Positions 10,688 to 23,599 of a stretch of DNA of 64,000 nucleotides are shown here, piece after piece. Numbering within the stretch: position 1 is the stretch's first letter; each line of letters opens with the position of its first letter. The position numbers were made by a program, and so were the translations under genes. The notes beneath the pieces were generated by a model. It made no database searches and had not been told where the DNA came from. It was given only the letters and a program-made list of their open reading frames with translations. The stretch covers positions 124,001 to 188,000 of the forward strand of contig CATNEN010000029.1 in the NCBI GenBank assembly GCA_950097015.1. The letters run 5' to 3'. This stretch comes from Macrostomum hystrix. Taxonomy: Eukaryota > Animalia > Platyhelminthes.

Positions 10688-13600
10688 CTACTGCAGGGAG
10701 CACATCTTTCGCATCTCCGTGTCAACCTCATCTTCCTGTGTTGGACCGTCGCATGGCGCCCGGCCAGACACATCCGGCAGCAGCTCTTCTAGGCGCGTAT
10801 CGTCGCGCTCATAGAACAACAGGTAGGCTGTGGTCATGTCCACCTGGTCCTCGGAAACCGCCTGAAAGTTTAGACGGAAGGATGGATTATGGACTAGCGA
10901 AATGGATTATACAGCAGGCATAGGGAAAATTTAGGATGAGTACGGATAGTATAGGCAGGATTGGGATAATATAGGAGGAATGGGATAAAATAGGCGGGAT
11001 TGGGATAAAATAGGCGGGATTGGGATAAAATAGGTGGGATTGGGATAATATAAGCGGGATTTGGATAATATAGGGAGAATGAGAATATATAAAAGGTATT
11101 GGGAAAATGTAGGAGGTACGGGGATAATAAAAGAGGAAAGGGATAATATAGAAGGGGATAGGGATAATATATGAGGAATAGGAATAATACAGGAGGTATT
11201 GGGATTATACAATATGAAAAGGGAGAATTTGGGAGAAATGAGGATAATATTGGAGGGATGGGATCATATTGGAGGAATGGAATAATATTGGAGGAATGGG
11301 GATAATATTGGATAAATGGGGATAATATTGGAGGAATGGGGATAATATTGAAGGAATGGGGATAATATTAAAGTAATGGGATATCTAATAGGAAAATACA
11401 GATAATGAGAAGAGCGATTTAAAAACAAAAGAACAATGTGGATCCAGGCCTAATTCTCACCTTAACAGAGCTGTCATTGAACAGGTACCACTGGCCGGTG
11501 GAATTGCGCGCATAAGACACATAGTGACCGCCGCCAAGGATGCCAGAATGGCAGATCACAGCGTACAGGTGATATTGGGCTTCGTCAGTGGCGGCCGGAG
11601 CGCCAGGGCTGGCGTGCGGCTGCAGCCTCAGGCCGCGTGTGGGACAGGTGACCACTTTGTGCGATTTCACCCAGCGATTGGCTAAGAAGTGAAAACGCTT
11701 CAGGTGCAAAATTAGCACGGGCGGCAGGCGCCACAGGCGCATAGCTAGACTGGCTGTCCGATGCTCGCGACACTTTGAACAGAAATAGGTGTCCTTATCG
11801 TTCAACTCTTCCACGCGGGTGAAGGCCCGGAAGCAGGCGTCCAGATTCATTGGCTCGGCAACGACCTGCGCGACAATGGAATCAATTTAGCCTCGCTGTG
11901 GATTCGAACTCGGGCACTCCTGTTTTTACCCAAATTCTTACCTTCTGCAGGTGTTGCAGTGATGAATCCGTAGCGAATTCCCGCTCCAGCGAGGCCTGAT
12001 AACGCAGGTGCAGGGCAGTGTGCTCCCAATCAACTGCCAAGTGATCGGAGCGCGACTCGTAAGGCGCATTGTCGCAGGGCACCGGGCAGCCGCGGCAGAA
12101 CCTGTACCAGGGACACAGGGCGCAGGCCAGGCCGCTGCCGTTGATGCACTTCACTTCGAATGGGTACTCTGAGGAGCTGACGGCGTCCCCGAGTGTGGCG
12201 TGGTTTGAGTGCGGGAACTCCGGTTTTGGAGTGACTAGGCGCTTCACCTGGGGACGGATAGGTGGGAAGACTAATTAACTGCTGACACCGAATATCACTT
12301 GAATCTAAAATCTAATGCTGACAAACCATATTCCTTGCATGACACCCACTGCTGACACCCCATGACCCTGAAATCTGACAACTACTGCTGACACCTATGT
12401 CCCTTGAATCTGACAACCACTGCTGACAAACCACATCCATTGAATCTGACACCCACTGCTGACAAACCACATCCATTGAATCTGACAACCACTGCTGCCA
12501 AACCACATCCATTGAATCTGACACCCACTGCTGACAAACCACATCCATTGAATCTGACACCCACTGCTGACAAACCACATCCATTGAATCTGACACCCAC
12601 TGCTGACAAACCATGTCCCTTGAATCTGACAACCACTGCTGACAAACCACATCCATTGAATCTGACACCCACTGCTGACAAACCATGTCCCTTGAATCTG
12701 ACACCCACTGCTGACAAACCATGTCCCTTGAATCTGACACCCACTGCTGACAAACCATGTCCCTTGAATCTGACACCTCCTGCTGACACTCTGAAAGCAG
12801 ATTGCTGAATAATCACAACCAGGAAATCCCAGCCAAGAGTAGGCCCGACTATGCTCACCTGCAGCCAGATGCAGCGATACACATCGCAGTTTTTCATGCC
12901 TGGCAGCAGAGGCAGCACGCAGGGCAGGCTAAACAGTGACGGCCTCGATTTGTGATAGGACAGAAAGTACACCTCCATGCGAATCTGTTTGCGGTGATAA
13001 ACTAACGCGAAGCCTAGGCCGCGAGATGACAAAGAAGCCGAGAGCTGCTGCTGCTGCTGCTGCTGCTGCTCTGTTGAAGGTTGCTCTGCTAGGCTATTAA
13101 CGGAACTATTCCTCGATATCTGCTGTGCTCCAGAGTTCGAATTCGGACCATTGCTATTGGCTCCGCCGCCGTTACAGACCGGTTGTCGGCCTGGCGCGAC
13201 AGCTGTACTGGCCGGCGGAGACGCAGTCAGCAGAGGAGGCGACGACACTGGCATCAGGTAAGCAAACAATGAACTGCCAGACGCCAGGTATTTGATCTGC
13301 TGCTCGTCCGATGGAAAGTTCTTAGGAACGGGGAAAAGTTTAATGGCCAGGCATCAATTGGTTATCTTTTCCCTGTAAAAAATTCGGCTGCTTCTTCGGC
13401 GGGTTTTTTGTGCAAAATAGGAGTGGAATCTACCAAAATCCCCCCTATCTCGCAAGAGTTAAAGAAACCACCCAGGAAGCAGCCGATGTAACCGTAAATT
13501 ATGCGGAAACCGCCGAAGAATCACCCGAACCAGCGGCCCATGGGTCAACCAGAGAATTATTTACGGGCGATTCCTCGGCGGTTTCTGAGCATGGAATCTT

Positions 13601-16600
13601 CCGAACTGGAGGATTCTTTGGGTGATTCCATTTCGCCACCAAGAAGCACTGAGAAAACGCCCAGTTGGGTAGATTCTAAGCATGGAATCATCCGATTGGT
13701 ATGTTTCCAGCGTTCGGCTGATTCTTTTTCTGGAATAACCGCAGATTCCAACTGGAATCACCCAAAGAAACATCCCTATTTTTTAGCGGGTTATAAGAAA
13801 TCAGACCAAATAGCTTACCAGCACTGTTGAAGATATGACAGCCGCTAGCACAATCAGCCGCTGGTCAATACTGAATCTGTCAGATACAGCCTTGCGCACC
13901 TCCGAGTACTTGTCGTCGTGATTCAACAGTACGCCAAATCTAACCGGCTGGCGCTCGTCCAAGAAGAACACTGTTTGGAGGCGGTTGGTTACGGATGACA
14001 GAGAACTGACAATTTTCATTGAACCTATCCAGATCCGTCCTGACCCATCTAGATCCGTCCTGACCTCTCCAGATCCGTCCTGACCCATCTAGATCCGTCC
14101 TGACCTATCCAGATCCGTCCTGACCCATCTAGATCCGTCCTGACCCAACAAGATCTGCTCTGACCCATCTAGATGTGTCCTGACCCATCAAGATCCGTCC
14201 TGACCTATTTACAATTTTCCTGACCCATCTAGATTTGTCGTGACCCATGTAGATCCGTCCTGACCTATCTACATTTGTCCTGACCCATCTAGATTTATCC
14301 TGACCCATCTAGATTTGTCCTGACCCATCAAGACCTGTCCAGACCCATATAGATCTGATCTGCACTGTCCCATCTAGATGCGCCCTGACCCATCTAGATC
14401 TGCTGTGAACAACCCTTATGTCCTGACTCACCCATGCAAAGAAAACTCACCAATAACTTCGATTAGCAGAGAGTTCTCTAGCGGCAGCGGCAGAGACAGC
14501 ACTGAGAATGGATCAAATTTGACAGATGAGTTTGAGCACACCTTGCACTGAACCTCTGTGCGCAGTTGGCCATGAAAAAGATCTACAATGATGCTCTGAT
14601 TGCGGGCCAGGTGATTGTCCCAGCATTCGGCGGCCACCTCGTCATCTGGCCGACCGTCCGAGTCCTTTAGCTCAGTATAGGGCTTCTCCTTGACTCGGTT
14701 GAGATCTTCGTGAAGGCCGTCTAGTAAGAAGCTGAGAAATTCCTGCGAGTCGTGCTGCTGATTGCCAGAGAATCGGCGCGAGTACCTGGCTATGGTCATC
14801 TGAAATTGAGTTTAGCCAGAATTAATTACGAACTTTACTTCTGAATTACTACATACTGTTCTCAATTGCTCTCAATACTGTTCTCAATTTACCCATAATG
14901 TTCTCAATCGACCCATACTGTTCTCAATTAACCCATAATGTTCTCAATTGACCCATACTGTTCTCAATTGACCCATAACTGTTCTCAATTGACCCATACT
15001 GTTCAATTGACCCATAACTGTTCTCAATTGACTCATACTGTTCTCAATTGACCCATACTGTTCTCAATTGACTCATACTGTTCTCAATTGACCCATAACT
15101 GTTCTCAATTGAATCATACTGTTCTCAATTGACTCATACTGTTCTCAATTGACTCATACTGTTCTCAATTGACTCATACTGTTCTCAATTGACTCATACT
15201 GTTCTCAATTGACTCATACTGTTCTCAATTGACCCATACTGTTCTCAATTGACTCATACTGTTCTCAATTGACTCATACTGTTCTCAATTGACCCATACT
15301 GTTCTCAATTGACTCATACTGTTCTCAATTGACCCATACTGTTCTCAATTGACTCATACTGTTCTCAATTGACCCATACTGTTCTCAATTGACTCATACT
15401 GTTCTCAATTGACCCATACTGTTCTCAATTGACTCATACTGTTCTCAATTGACCCATAACTGTTCTCAATTGAATCATACTGTTCTCAATTGACTCATAC
15501 TGTTCTCAATTGACTCATACTGTTCTCAATTGACCCATACTGTTCTCAATTGACTCATACTGTTCTCAATTGACCCATACTGTTCTCAATTGACTCATAC
15601 TGTTCTCAATTGACCCATACTGTTCTCAATTGACTCATACTGTTCTCAATTGACCCATAACTGTTCTCAATTGAATCATACTGTTCTCAATTGACTCATA
15701 CTGTTCTCAATTGACTCATACTGTTCTCAATTGACCCATACTGTTCTCAATTGACCCATACTGTTCTCAATTGACTCATACTGTTCTCAATTGACCCATA
15801 CTGTTCTCAATTGACTCATACTGTTCTCAATTGACCCACACAAACAATTGACTTCAATACAATTAAGTTTCCCTCAGATTTCTATTGTCAATAGTAGGCC
15901 AGCAGCTACTCAAATCAGAAAGCCAGCCAAACCAAACTCACCCGCAGTTTGAGCGGGGCCACGACTGAAGCATTGCCGTTCCACATGTCTTTGATGAGCT
16001 CGGCGTACCGCTCCGCCATGTGGCCCTTCATGCCCATGGGATTTGAACTGCAGAGTAAAATGATATTTTAAGGGACTTTTGATTGGGAGATATTCGAGAT
16101 TTACGGGTTAGATAGCACGTGTACTAATAAATCACAAAATAGTAATAGGCCAGATAATACAGTAGTATGTAGTGCAGCTCAATTAGGCACTCACCGGTTA
16201 AGCTCGTACAGGTGCAGGCCATTCTGAAAATAGGCTGTAAGCGTAGGCGTATTGCTAACGCACTGCAGAGCCGAATTTAGAAAGCAGGTATTGCCCAGAT
16301 TATTGAGGCCCGTGACGCCGCGCATCATTGAATCGCGCCGACGAACCAGAGACCGACTCTTGGCTAGCTCGGCCAGCTCCTCTGGCCAGGTGAGGTCCCG
16401 ATTGCGAACCTCGAACAGCAGGCAGCCGCCACTGTTCGGCAGGCCGATCTCCTCTAGACAGGCGCCCTCAGATTCCAACGGCTCCAACTGATGGCCGTCA
16501 TCCAGGACGCGCCATAGACGGAAGTTTTCCTTGGGGACAGACATGCGCTGGCTGAAGAAGGTGTACAGCTGCCCGACGGTGTGCCGACGGCTGAAGCAGG

Positions 16601-19600
16601 CCGAATGGCACAGAATTCGGCGAGGTATGGCAACGGCTGAAGTTGCGGCGTCAAGGCCTGCACCGGCGGAGCCTGAGGCCGATGAGGAAGACGACAAGGA
16701 CGAGCCGCCGTGAACAACACCTGCGGCCGCAGCGGCGGCCATCGCGGCCGACATTGGCAATACGCCGGAGATGAAGCGTCCAACGCTGGCCGCCCTGCCG
16801 ACAGCTGACGAAGCGGAGCCGGGAGGCCCGCCTGGCGGAGGCGGCGACTGGTGCTTGAGGATGCCGACGGAGATAGGATAGAGCTCAAGGCCGCCGTAGT
16901 CGGTGACCAGGCGAGGCAGGGACGGCCCACCGCCGTACCAGGCCTGCAGGGCCCACCAGACCGGATCTGGCAGCATCTGGAAGTCCTCGCCAGGCCGCAG
17001 CGGTCCGCCGTCGGAAGCGCGCCGCAGTAGGCCACCCTCGTTGGTGAGGGTGAGCGGCCGGCCAGGACAGGGCGCCAGCAGGGGGGCATTGTTGATGGCA
17101 CCCGGTTTCTGCGGCGGAGCCTTGCTAGCAGCCGAAGCTGACGATGACAGATAGGATCCGCCGCCGATGGAGTTGGCGCCGAGACTGCTAATTGACGAAG
17201 TCTTCTGGTGACGCCGCGGCTGCAGAGTCTGGGACTGCGGCTGCTGCAGCTGCAGCTGATAGTGATGATGCTGCGGTGCATCGGCATCGAAGCTGACGTA
17301 TTGCTGCCAGGCGGCCCACCAGGCGGGGTGCACCAGGAACCAGTTGTCGCCGGGCTTCAGGCCGCGCCTTCGCTCCCTATTAACCCATTCGTAGACTATG
17401 CGCTGCTCGTCCTGGCGGTACTGCGGCCGAAGTCCCAGCACAATGTGGCACACCTTTGCAAGGAGCGCGAGTTATTATCGATGTCGATCACTCGAAAACA
17501 GGCGCTCAAACTCAAGAGAAATTTAAACACCCGGCAAGATTCTAACTTTCTTTCACCTACCTGGTACATGAGTCGCATCAGGGCCTCCCAAAGCGAGTTG
17601 CTAAGCGACCACATTAGGTATTCCTCGGTGCTGACTAGCAACTCTTCGCCGTGCAATTGCAGCAGCTCGCTGGCTACCTGATCAACCAAATCGGCGTCCA
17701 CCGCGGACGAAGCGGAGGCTCCGCCATTGACGGCTGACGGCAAAGACGAGGAGACAGACGGGGCAGTGGTTGGCAATGTTGAGCAGTCGTCAACGCTGGT
17801 TTGACTCTGGGCTAGAACAAAGGCGCTAACCATGCGACGAACGTCGTGCTTATCTAAGTAGCCGTCCCGGTCACGATCGAATACTTTGAAGCAGACTGGC
17901 ATAAATATCGATTAGATACGTGGGGCGCTTCATTCGACTTTATTCATATACCTTAGCTAACTTTTGTTCTTCTGTTTGCTTATCTTGTCGATTGTTATCA
18001 CTCTTATCCATCGTTATCCACCAAGCCCATTGTTATTAAGCTTGTTCATTGTTATCTATATTGTCTATTGTTATCTCCATTGTCCATTGTTATCTCTATT
18101 GTCCATTGTTACCCCCTTTGTCTATTGTTATCTCCGTTGTCCATTGTTATCTCTATTGTCCATTGTTACCCCTTTTGTCTATTATTATCTCCATTGTCCA
18201 TTGTTATCTCTATTGTCAATTGTTATCAATCTTGTTCATTGTAATCACCATTGTTATCTCTAATGTCCATTGTTATCCATCGTGTCGATTGTTATCTCTA
18301 TTGCCAATTGTTATTTATTTTGTCAATTAGTATCCCTCTTGTGACTTTTTATTAATTGTTATCTCTCTTGTCAATTGCTATCGACCTGGTCCATTGTCAT
18401 CTCTAGTGTTTGTTATTATCCATCTGGTCCAGTGTTATCTATCTGGTATTTCTATCAGTTCTGGTCCATAGTTCCTATAGCATGGAGACTTAATACTTCA
18501 CAAAAAACTGCTAATTACATTTCTGCCGCTCCGTGATGGGACCCCGGCAGCAGGCGGAGATGCCGCAGGACATCTCTTTGAAATCAATATGATCGTCATT
18601 GTTCTCGTCGAACGCGGCAAAGAAGCCATCAACAACGTTGTCGGGTATTGGCGGCGACACTAGACGTCGAAATGTAGTGAGATCGAAGCGACCCGACTGG
18701 GAGAGACCCTTGAGGTACCAGTACCTCTTCTCCAGCTCGATAATATCCTTCTCGTCAACTGGGTTTGGAAATCGTTAATAAAAAAGCGAGATCTATAAAT
18801 CTATACTTGCGCAACAGCAGCACAGCACAATGGGCACTCACGGTGAGTCACACCGGCCAAAATCTGATAGAAACTCAACGCTTCGGAATCGTCCGACAGT
18901 CTGACAACGCACGGATCCTTCAATAGCCAAGTTGAGAATGCTGTCACACACGGATGCTCAAGTAGCCATTTAGTAAACTGCTCAAGATTGGCTTTATCGC
19001 GCAGTTTAAATAATTCCTGCAGCTCTGGAGGCGACCGACCGTCTGTATCAAGGATGTGCGCCTCCAGCTGAGCCTTGTCAACATGCGTCCCGGCCTCGTT
19101 GCTATAGACGCAGAACAGAACTGCGAAATGGTGACGGATGGGTTAGTTGCAGAGTAGTCTAACGCTTTTGCCTCTCGCACCAAGTACCCTGAGCTCGATT
19201 CGGCGGCAAGGCGACATTCATTTGGTACACTGCCTGACGATGAGAAAGTCAGGCAGATTTACAAACTTGTTTGAGCGTGTGCCTGCGCACAGAATCTGTG
19301 TGCGTGTGTGCTCGAGAGTCAGGAGGCTGCGAGTCCACAGTCACCAAATAATGTATCATTGTCTGCAGCCCTCCTGCAATTAGTATTATATTTTTATTAC
19401 GGTAACGCGTCGTATTCTCGCAGCAAGTTCCATGAGCTGGATTACGCGGCGAGGCCACAATAATTTAGTTTACAAACTGCCTTAATAATGAGAAAGCCTA
19501 CTCGCTGACTAAGGGTCACCAAATGGTTGTGTTTGCAGCATCCATGAAGAAGATCATTTTTTATTAACGGCTTTATCATCAGGAGTGGAAATTTGGGTGG

Positions 19601-21907
19601 GCGGGTCTCGCGCCCGGCCCAAAAGTTTATGGACTGAATAGCTGTACACAGCCCGTGACAGCTACTAGCATTTAAAAACATTAAACTGACAAAAATACAA
19701 ACATGAGCCCAGAATGAAACTCACAGCGAGTCTTCTCAGCCTGCTTGCCCCTGGTTAGCAGCACAAGGCCAACCAGCAAGTCCTTGAAGGTAAGCCCCGA
19801 ACTGCTACTGGACAGGAAGCTGTAGATTTCCTACAATTTTTTGTTACAATCAATAACAGTTAATCTCATACTAAATCAACAAAAATGTGGCGAAACAATC
19901 TGGGTACAGTAACTTGCCTCGGCTAGCTTAGTTGGCACATTGTCGCCTAGCACTTCTTTCATGAAGACCTTCTTGTTCATATAGTCATTAGCTGACATGG
20001 CTTTGAAGGCCTCGCGAAGCCGTTTGAGTTCAGATTCAGAAACTACATGGTTAAAGAGAATGCTTTTTAGGATATATAATAATTAACTTAACAAAATGCA
20101 GCTTATATAAAATTAAATAGCTATCATGAATTCTCGAATTAAAAATATGTACTAAACCAAAGACATGTTGATATAAAAAAATAGAACATTCATAATCTAT
20201 TTTCTTTAAACTTTTTTATACATTATAATGAATACTATGCAAATATATATGATGTCTATGCATTTCAATTTACATATGAAGTATATAGGAAAAAGCAAGA
20301 CAAAATTTTCTTTTTTAGTAGCTATTTTGCAAACAACTTACTATATTAGACAAAAAATAAACTTTTAAATGGTAAAACATTAAAGAAGAATTACTTGAAA
20401 GTTTTAGGACAATAAAGACTAGACAGTGGACACAATAATCTAGATTAATTCTGTAACAATCATATAATCACATGTAACAGTCAATGTACAATACATATAA
20501 CAATCAAAATGGGATGAGATGAGATGAGATAATTGCCTTTAAATCCAATACAATACCTTTTATGAACACTTCCAGAGATATATTTGTCATAGTCTGGAAA
20601 GTGGCCTTCATTGGCTGTTGGCATACATTTGTAAAAGTAAATCAAGTTTGCGTACAAACCAGTTTCAACCTGGTGTGTATAGACATATAGTAGCTCTAGT
20701 ATAGACAGTAGTTAATGCCATACAATCTAAAAAATATAAATTTAAGTTCAGTGTAAACAATGCCATGATCCAGACTATGGCACATTTGTTAGTAGGTAGA
20801 CATGTAGCTGAACTTAAAAGAGTAAAATTATAATTTCTTACCAACTGAAATGTATGGCTGCTAAATAATAATTTATATATAAGTTTAATAGTGCATGACA
20901 GGACTGAAAAAGATTGCTAAAAATTAATAATAAAAATGAATACTAACAATTTACATTGCATCTTGCTTTCTCTATCAAAACCCTATAAGGACTTCTTATC
21001 ATTCCACATTTTAATAAAAACATGAAAAACTAAATTGTAGCTAAATAAAAATTGGATTTCTAAAAATAGTTTCAAGATATTAACTTAAAATCATCAATAT
21101 GATTTTAAGAACATGTTAGTTGTATACCAAAAAGTTTCACACTATTGAATTAGAAAATCAATTATATCTTGTACATGTTTTATTAACAACATAGCTTTTT
21201 ACTAGCCAATCTGTTTAAACTTATATATAGGCCTAATAAACAAATTTATAATTTTAAACTTTATAATTTGTAAAATAACTTTCTTTCACTAATGTCAGTA
21301 CTCTTTTTACTGAGTTCCCAATATCACTGTGTATTATACATGTAATTAATAAATAAATAAAAAATCTCTCACTTTAAAGGTATTACTTACAATAAAAGTA
21401 ATCAGCATTCTTATCATATAGCTACTTGACTAATGTTGAAAAAATCTCAGATTCTAATGTTGTTAAATTCTCTGTGCCGAATCAAGGCAAAACAATATGA
21501 TTACAGCAATTTCTACTACCTAGCAGCTTTGACTAAACTTTATAGGAAAAGCAATAGGCCCTACAGAAAAAGAAACTTTGTCTTTTTTTATCTTAACAAC
21601 TGACATATATATAACCTGGACTTTACAAAGAGTAGCTTGCAGTCAGCAATCCACAAGAAAATTGCTACACTAGAAATGGTCATAATAAGGTGCTGTATTT
21701 GTACAGTTCGAGTCATGTATTAGCCTATGTATTTTCTTTCAGGCTGAATATCAGGCCAAAATGTATATTATATTTTTTAATTACACTATAAATACTCCTC
21801 TAAAAGGTATAGTATATCTATATGGCCGTATAATGTTAATTACCTCGTTTCTCGGCATCCTCGTAGGATAGCGAAAGTATTTGTAGTTTTGTGTTTCTGT
21901 TGCCCAT
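10688..21907 (-). CDS. USP32: Ubiquitin-specific protease 32-like (EF-hands, DUSP, USP catalytic domain, C-terminal CaaX); 14 exons, ~1453 aa
   Basis: Exons 21844-21907, 19918-20042, 19725-19830, 18842-19120, 18519-18758, 17561-17895, 16195-17453, 15942-16047, 14451-14799, 13819-13970, 12859-13320, 11942-12247, 11461-11865, 10688-10861; phases all match (4362 nt). Motifs: [49 protein letters not shown], Cys box [32 protein letters not shown], His box [14 protein letters not shown]; ends MCSLQ*. Confidence 0.95.
10930..11400. repeat. Degenerate purine-rich repeat (gggataata/gggattgggata) in the last USP32 intron
   Basis: Recurrent gggataatat...aggaggaat units. Confidence 0.8.
12290..12795. 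repeat. 36-bp intronic minisatellite (tgaatctgacacccactgctgacaaaccacatccat)
   Basis: Tandem units inside intron 12248-12858. Confidence 0.95.
13371..13790. mobile_element. Candidate non-autonomous DNA transposon (MITE), 420 bp
   Basis: Ends CCCTGTAAAAAAT and ATTTTTTAGCGGG form an 11/13 inverted match, flanked by TT on both sides; fills most of one USP32 intron. Confidence 0.45.
14020..14400. repeat. 20-bp intronic minisatellite (gatccgtcctgacccatcta)
   Basis: Tandem, moderately diverged units. Confidence 0.93.
14860..15840. repeat. 20-bp intronic minisatellite (gttctcaattgac(t/c)catact)
   Basis: About 48 homogeneous units. Confidence 0.97.
17965..18480. repeat. Degenerate intronic repeat (tgtccattgttatctctat-like)
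   Basis: Recurrent ccattgttatc units. Confidence 0.85.
19136..19395 (+). mobile_element. tRNA-derived SINE, internally deleted copy
   Basis: Degenerate A/B-box head. Body (ctgcctgacgatgagaaa...gtcaccaaat...gcagccctcctgcaatta) is shared with 37417-37754 and 62629-62950. Confidence 0.75.
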
Positions 21908-22987
21908 CGTGAGCAGAATTTTAACTTTTAAGATCTTTGATACTTAGGATAACATTTAAAGACTTAAAAATGCTATATAACATATGGTTTACATAAGGTT
22001 TTTTCTACATGAGCAGGCCGAGCAACCGTGCGTGCCCAGCTCGTGTGATTAATTAACTATTTGTTCTAAAAAATTAACATAAAAATCCACGGTTTAAAGT
22101 ATTGTCGTTTGCTTTACAGGACACAATATTCTATTCCTGATTTAACAATATTAAAGCTTAGAAAAATAAAACGAAAGCTTTTATTAATATAAATAATTGT
22201 AGTTTTATCATTTTTAGACACTGGTCCAAAAAGAAAGGAGAAAATATTGTTTAAAATAAGACTATCCGCCGGCTTTTCTGTACTAATTTGATCTTCATAT
22301 TAGCTCTTAACCGTCTGACTCTATAAATTCCATCACGTGGACGGATACAAACTCGGATTCTTTCATTTCGTTATAGTTATACATATAACTTAAACTGTCA
22401 AATTTATAACATCATAAACATAGTTATAAAACGGGAAGTAAAACCGACGGAACGTTTTATTTATGACTCCAAGGGCCACTAGGAGTAGACTCTTAGAGCT
22501 CGTATCACCATATGCTGTGTTATAGTCGGTAACGCTATACTGTAGAGGATCAGAACTCTAACATATTTTTGTGGGTAGCTCTCTAGCTTGCGAGCAGAAA
22601 GTTACACAACAAAACTCGCGCAACAAGTGGCTTCATCTAAGTCGCAACTGTGCGTCAGACTAAGGACCATAGACGATAACTAAGCCAAGGGTTTGGGGAA
22701 ACGATGGTCAAGTGGCATGGCAAAGTACTGGCCGAAATCTTCGCTTTTAGGTCCGCTACAATATTATAGCGAGCAAGTAATTATGTTATGTACTGGTATC
22801 ACTTTGAAATAGCCGCAAAAGCACATTTTCTAATTAAGTCCAACCATAGATAGTTGATGCTTACAGAAGTGAGAACAAAGCGGCTAAGCAAAACTTTTAT
22901 TTGTCGTGAGCCGTCTGCGAAAATTAGATTTCAGCCGCAAAGAAAAGTCACCCCTATCAGTGATCTAGCTCGTACTATCATTTTAAA

Positions 22988-23365
22988 ATGAGCGCTAGAA
23001 AATCACACAGTGGCAAGCCCTACAAGTCGATACAGGCTAGGGAAGAGGCCTGGACACTAGAATTCACCTGTCCTTTAGAAGAATCGACCTTAATAGAGCG
23101 GCAGGCTTCATTGTCATCGATCGCTGCGACAGCCGTTAATCGGACGGTTGAACGTACTGCGGGGTCTGCTATGCATCCAGCTGACTGCGTATCCATTGTT
23201 GCCGACGGGGCACAGAGCTGTCCGCCCCCAAGCATCGAGACCCAAAATGAGTGGCTGAAACCACCTTCAAGCTCGTCGCTAACTTCTACGACGCCTCCAA
23301 TGTCGAGAAAACTCGGAGGTCGGAGCCCTCCGGCTTCTCCGACTGACAGTCCACCACCCTACTGA
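22988..23365 (+). CDS. Possible orphan single-exon gene, 125 aa, Ser/Pro-rich
   Basis: ATG-to-stop ORF in a non-repetitive GC-richer island within AT-rich DNA; AATAAA at 23520; no recognisable domain. Confidence 0.3.
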   Translation: MSARKSHSGKPYKSIQAREEAWTLEFTCPLEESTLIERQASLSSIAATAVNRTVERTAGSAMHPADCVSIVADGAQSCPPPSIETQNEWLKPPSSSSLTSTTPPMSRKLGGRSPPASPTDSPPPY

Positions 23366-23599
23366 ATTGGCCTACTTCTAGCACCGAGTGTATTACAAAA
23401 ACCTGCAGAGAATTTACTTAACTAGGACACGAACGAAGTTTATTGATGAATTTGCGTTCACTTCATTTAAATTTAGACGAACTTAACTTTTGCTTTGCCA
23501 TTTTATTTTTTTTTTAATTAATAAATTAAGTTTCAACTGCTGGATTCCTGGCACGCGTTTTGTGTCCCTTCGTTTGTGTTAGTTTTATTTGTGTTTAGC

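Noticed and set aside
11898-11920. tRNA-like GGATTCGAAC(T/C)C motifs here and near 34085, 38108 and 63003
   Set aside because: Isolated reverse-strand B-box remnants without a cloverleaf; best read as SINE debris rather than tRNA genes.
16252-17681. Overlapping antisense and alternate-frame ORFs over large GC-rich exons (also 47326-49535 and 58233-59465)
   Set aside because: Shadow ORFs expected from GC-rich, low-complexity coding sequence.
19228-19258. CTGACGA in the SINE body as a hammerhead ribozyme core
   Set aside because: The motif is paired within a simple hairpin; no stem II/GAAA/stem III arrangement could be built.
22010-22046. GC-rich stretch ending CTCGT resembling a Helitron 3' end
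   Set aside because: Hairpin is weak, and there is no matching 5' TC end or second copy in the window.
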